DNA from: Hypanus sabinus
Taxonomy: Eukaryota
Length of the DNA: 64,000 nt
Assembly (NCBI RefSeq): GCF_030144855.1
Contig: NC_082710.1
Location: 161,882,001 to 161,946,000 of the forward strand
Direction: 5' to 3'
Positions 62,590-64,000 of the stretch are shown one piece after another. The notes under the pieces are model-generated. The model searched no databases. It was not told the origin of the DNA and saw only the letters and a program-made list of their open reading frames with translations. The position numbers and the translations under genes are program-made. Each line of letters opens with the position of its first letter. The first letter of the stretch is position 1.

Positions 62590-62810
62590 TGGCCTCCGAG
62601 AGGACCACAACCTTGCTGTGGTTTGGAGGCTTGCGTGCTCAGTGACCCAGAGAGCTACGTCGGCTGGAGTCAGGCTTTGTGCTTTGGCTCTTGGTAGGGT
62701 CACCCATGCCAAACAGGTCAAAGGGTAGAGGACGGACTAAGAGTGGTCCATTGTCCTTCAGGCTCAACAGCTCAGCTCAGGGTGAACAACCCTGACTGGT
62801 GAAACAAAAC
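62590..62810 (+). mobile_element. RTE (Expander/Rex3-like) 5-prime UTR fragment
   Basis: ACCTTGCTGTGGTTTGGAGGCTTGCGTG...GGTAGGGTCACCCATGCCAAACAGGTC. Confidence 0.6.
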
Positions 62811-62977
62811 TGTTACTGAAGGTGTCCTCTAACCACAAGTGGGTGAGGCTGGGCAGGGGTGGCACATTCCCTTCTCTGCAGCAGATAAGTGGTCACTGCA
62901 ACATCTGGCAGCTTTTATGTTAACATCTCTGCCTCTCTGTCCCATGTTTGGTTAACCAGACTTGTGTTTAATTGCAG

Positions 62978-63094
62978 GCCATTCCATGGATGACACTGTG
63001 ATGACTGTTCTGTCGATCTCAGCCCTGGTGTTTTCTTCACTTTATCTTATTGCATTTTTTTCTCTGAACATCTGGAAGATAAAAGCAAACAGAG
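62978..63094 (+). CDS. Gene B transmembrane exon (GHSMDDTVMTVLSISALVFSSLYLIAFFSLNIWKIKANR)
   Basis: TTGTGTTTAATTGCAG acceptor, GAG|GTATTC donor, phase 1-1, uncharged hydrophobic span then basic residues; linkage to gene B is inferred. Confidence 0.75.
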
Positions 63095-63372
63095 GTATTC
63101 CATTGCCCGGTTTACACTTTAATGTAAATGTGCAGGCATTGCTTGTAAATCTTGACGAATGTTAATAACAACTGGCAGATGGGCAAATGCTTGCAGGCTT
63201 TTTCCACTCAGATTGGGCAAGACTCGGAGGTCACAGATTTAGAGTGAAAGAGAAAATATTTGAGGGGCATCTGAAGGGGAGCTTCTTTACTCAGAGGGTG
63301 GTACGAGGGTGAACAAGCGGCCAGTGCAAGTGGTAGAAGCGAGTCCGATTGCAACCCTTAAGAGAATGTTAA

Positions 63373-63557
63373 TGGGGCGGCACAATCGTGTAGTGGTTAG
63401 CACGACGCTTTTCAGTACAAGCGACCTGGGTTCAGTTCCCGCTGTTGCCTGTATGAAGTTTGTGTGTTCTCCCCGTGACCACGTGGGTTTCCTCTGGGTG
63501 CTCCGGTTTCCTCCCAGATTCCACGGACGTACTGGTTAGTAGGTTAATTGGTCATTG
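63373..63557 (+). mobile_element. tRNA-derived HE1/V-SINE-like SINE; other copies near 4641-4798 (-), 17730-17880 (+), 18590-18810 (-), 38130-38340 (+), 40810-40985 (+)
   Basis: A box TAGTGGTTAG, B box GGTTCAGTTCCC, conserved core TTCTCCCCGTGACC..GGGTTTCCTCYGGGTGCTCCGGTTTCCTCCC. Confidence 0.8.
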
Positions 63558-63559
63558 TA

Positions 63560-63730
63560 CGAGGGGTGATTGATAAGTCTGTGGCCTAAGGTAGAAGGAG
63601 ATGAGTTGTACAGCTCTCGTTACATGCACATGCAGATCAATGCTTTGAGTGATTATGCAGAAAGTTTGAAGTTAATAACTCATCAGGGTGATTGATAAGT
63701 TCGTGGCCTGAAGTAGAAGGAGATGAATTG
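63560..63730 (+). mobile_element. Mariner-type MITE end with internal direct repeat of the TIR
   Basis: TA|CGAGGGGTGATTGATAAG...GTAGAAGGAGATGA, repeated near 63684; inserted at TA inside a SINE. Confidence 0.55.
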
Positions 63731-64000
63731 CCACATTCCTGCCATCAGTCCAGTATGGTTCAAAATGGATGGACAAAAGAGCATCACAACACAGAAACAG
63801 GCCCAACGATTCCAAAACATGACTTAACAACTACTCCATATCACAGTAACTGTGAAATCTGATGTGCAATGTCTTTCAGGCACCAAACACCACCTGGATG
63901 ATACTTTTCACCCTCTTACCCCTTGCCCTAAACTTAAGCTCTCCAAAGTCTCCCACTATTTACGTTCCTCCTGATTTGCACATCTTGAATTGGGCTTCCC

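Overview
Eukaryotic, repeat-dense genomic DNA, most likely from a cartilaginous fish such as a ray. This is inferred from HE1/V-SINE-like SINEs and abundant CR1, Rex1/Babar and Penelope fragments. Most short ORFs in the track are transposon debris. Hand-splicing recovers two + strand immunoglobulin-superfamily receptor genes with CD2/SLAM/HEPACAM/CEACAM-like V domains that lack the canonical B-F disulfide. Gene A: leader 9201-9267, dead V exon 9950-10315, intact V exon 15826-16218, TM exon 20079-20180 with an N-I-R motif, and cytoplasmic exons 21612-21667, 31162-31244, 33709-33735 and 34419-34457, the last encoding the ITIM IPYTAL. Gene B: leader 47319-47379, two tandem-duplicated and differently damaged V exons (48112-48394, 49549-49854) and TM exon 62978-63094; it continues past the window. 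The TE landscape includes four distinct Tc1 lineages (one closely resembling the Sleeping Beauty right end), a young hAT element with an 8-bp TSD, an internally deleted Gmr1-type Gypsy element, a solo LTR, a Harbinger MITE, a Tigger element, RTE-related elements and Penelope ends carrying minimal hammerhead-ribozyme motifs. Exon models come from splice consensus, phase and translation only; there is no expression evidence.
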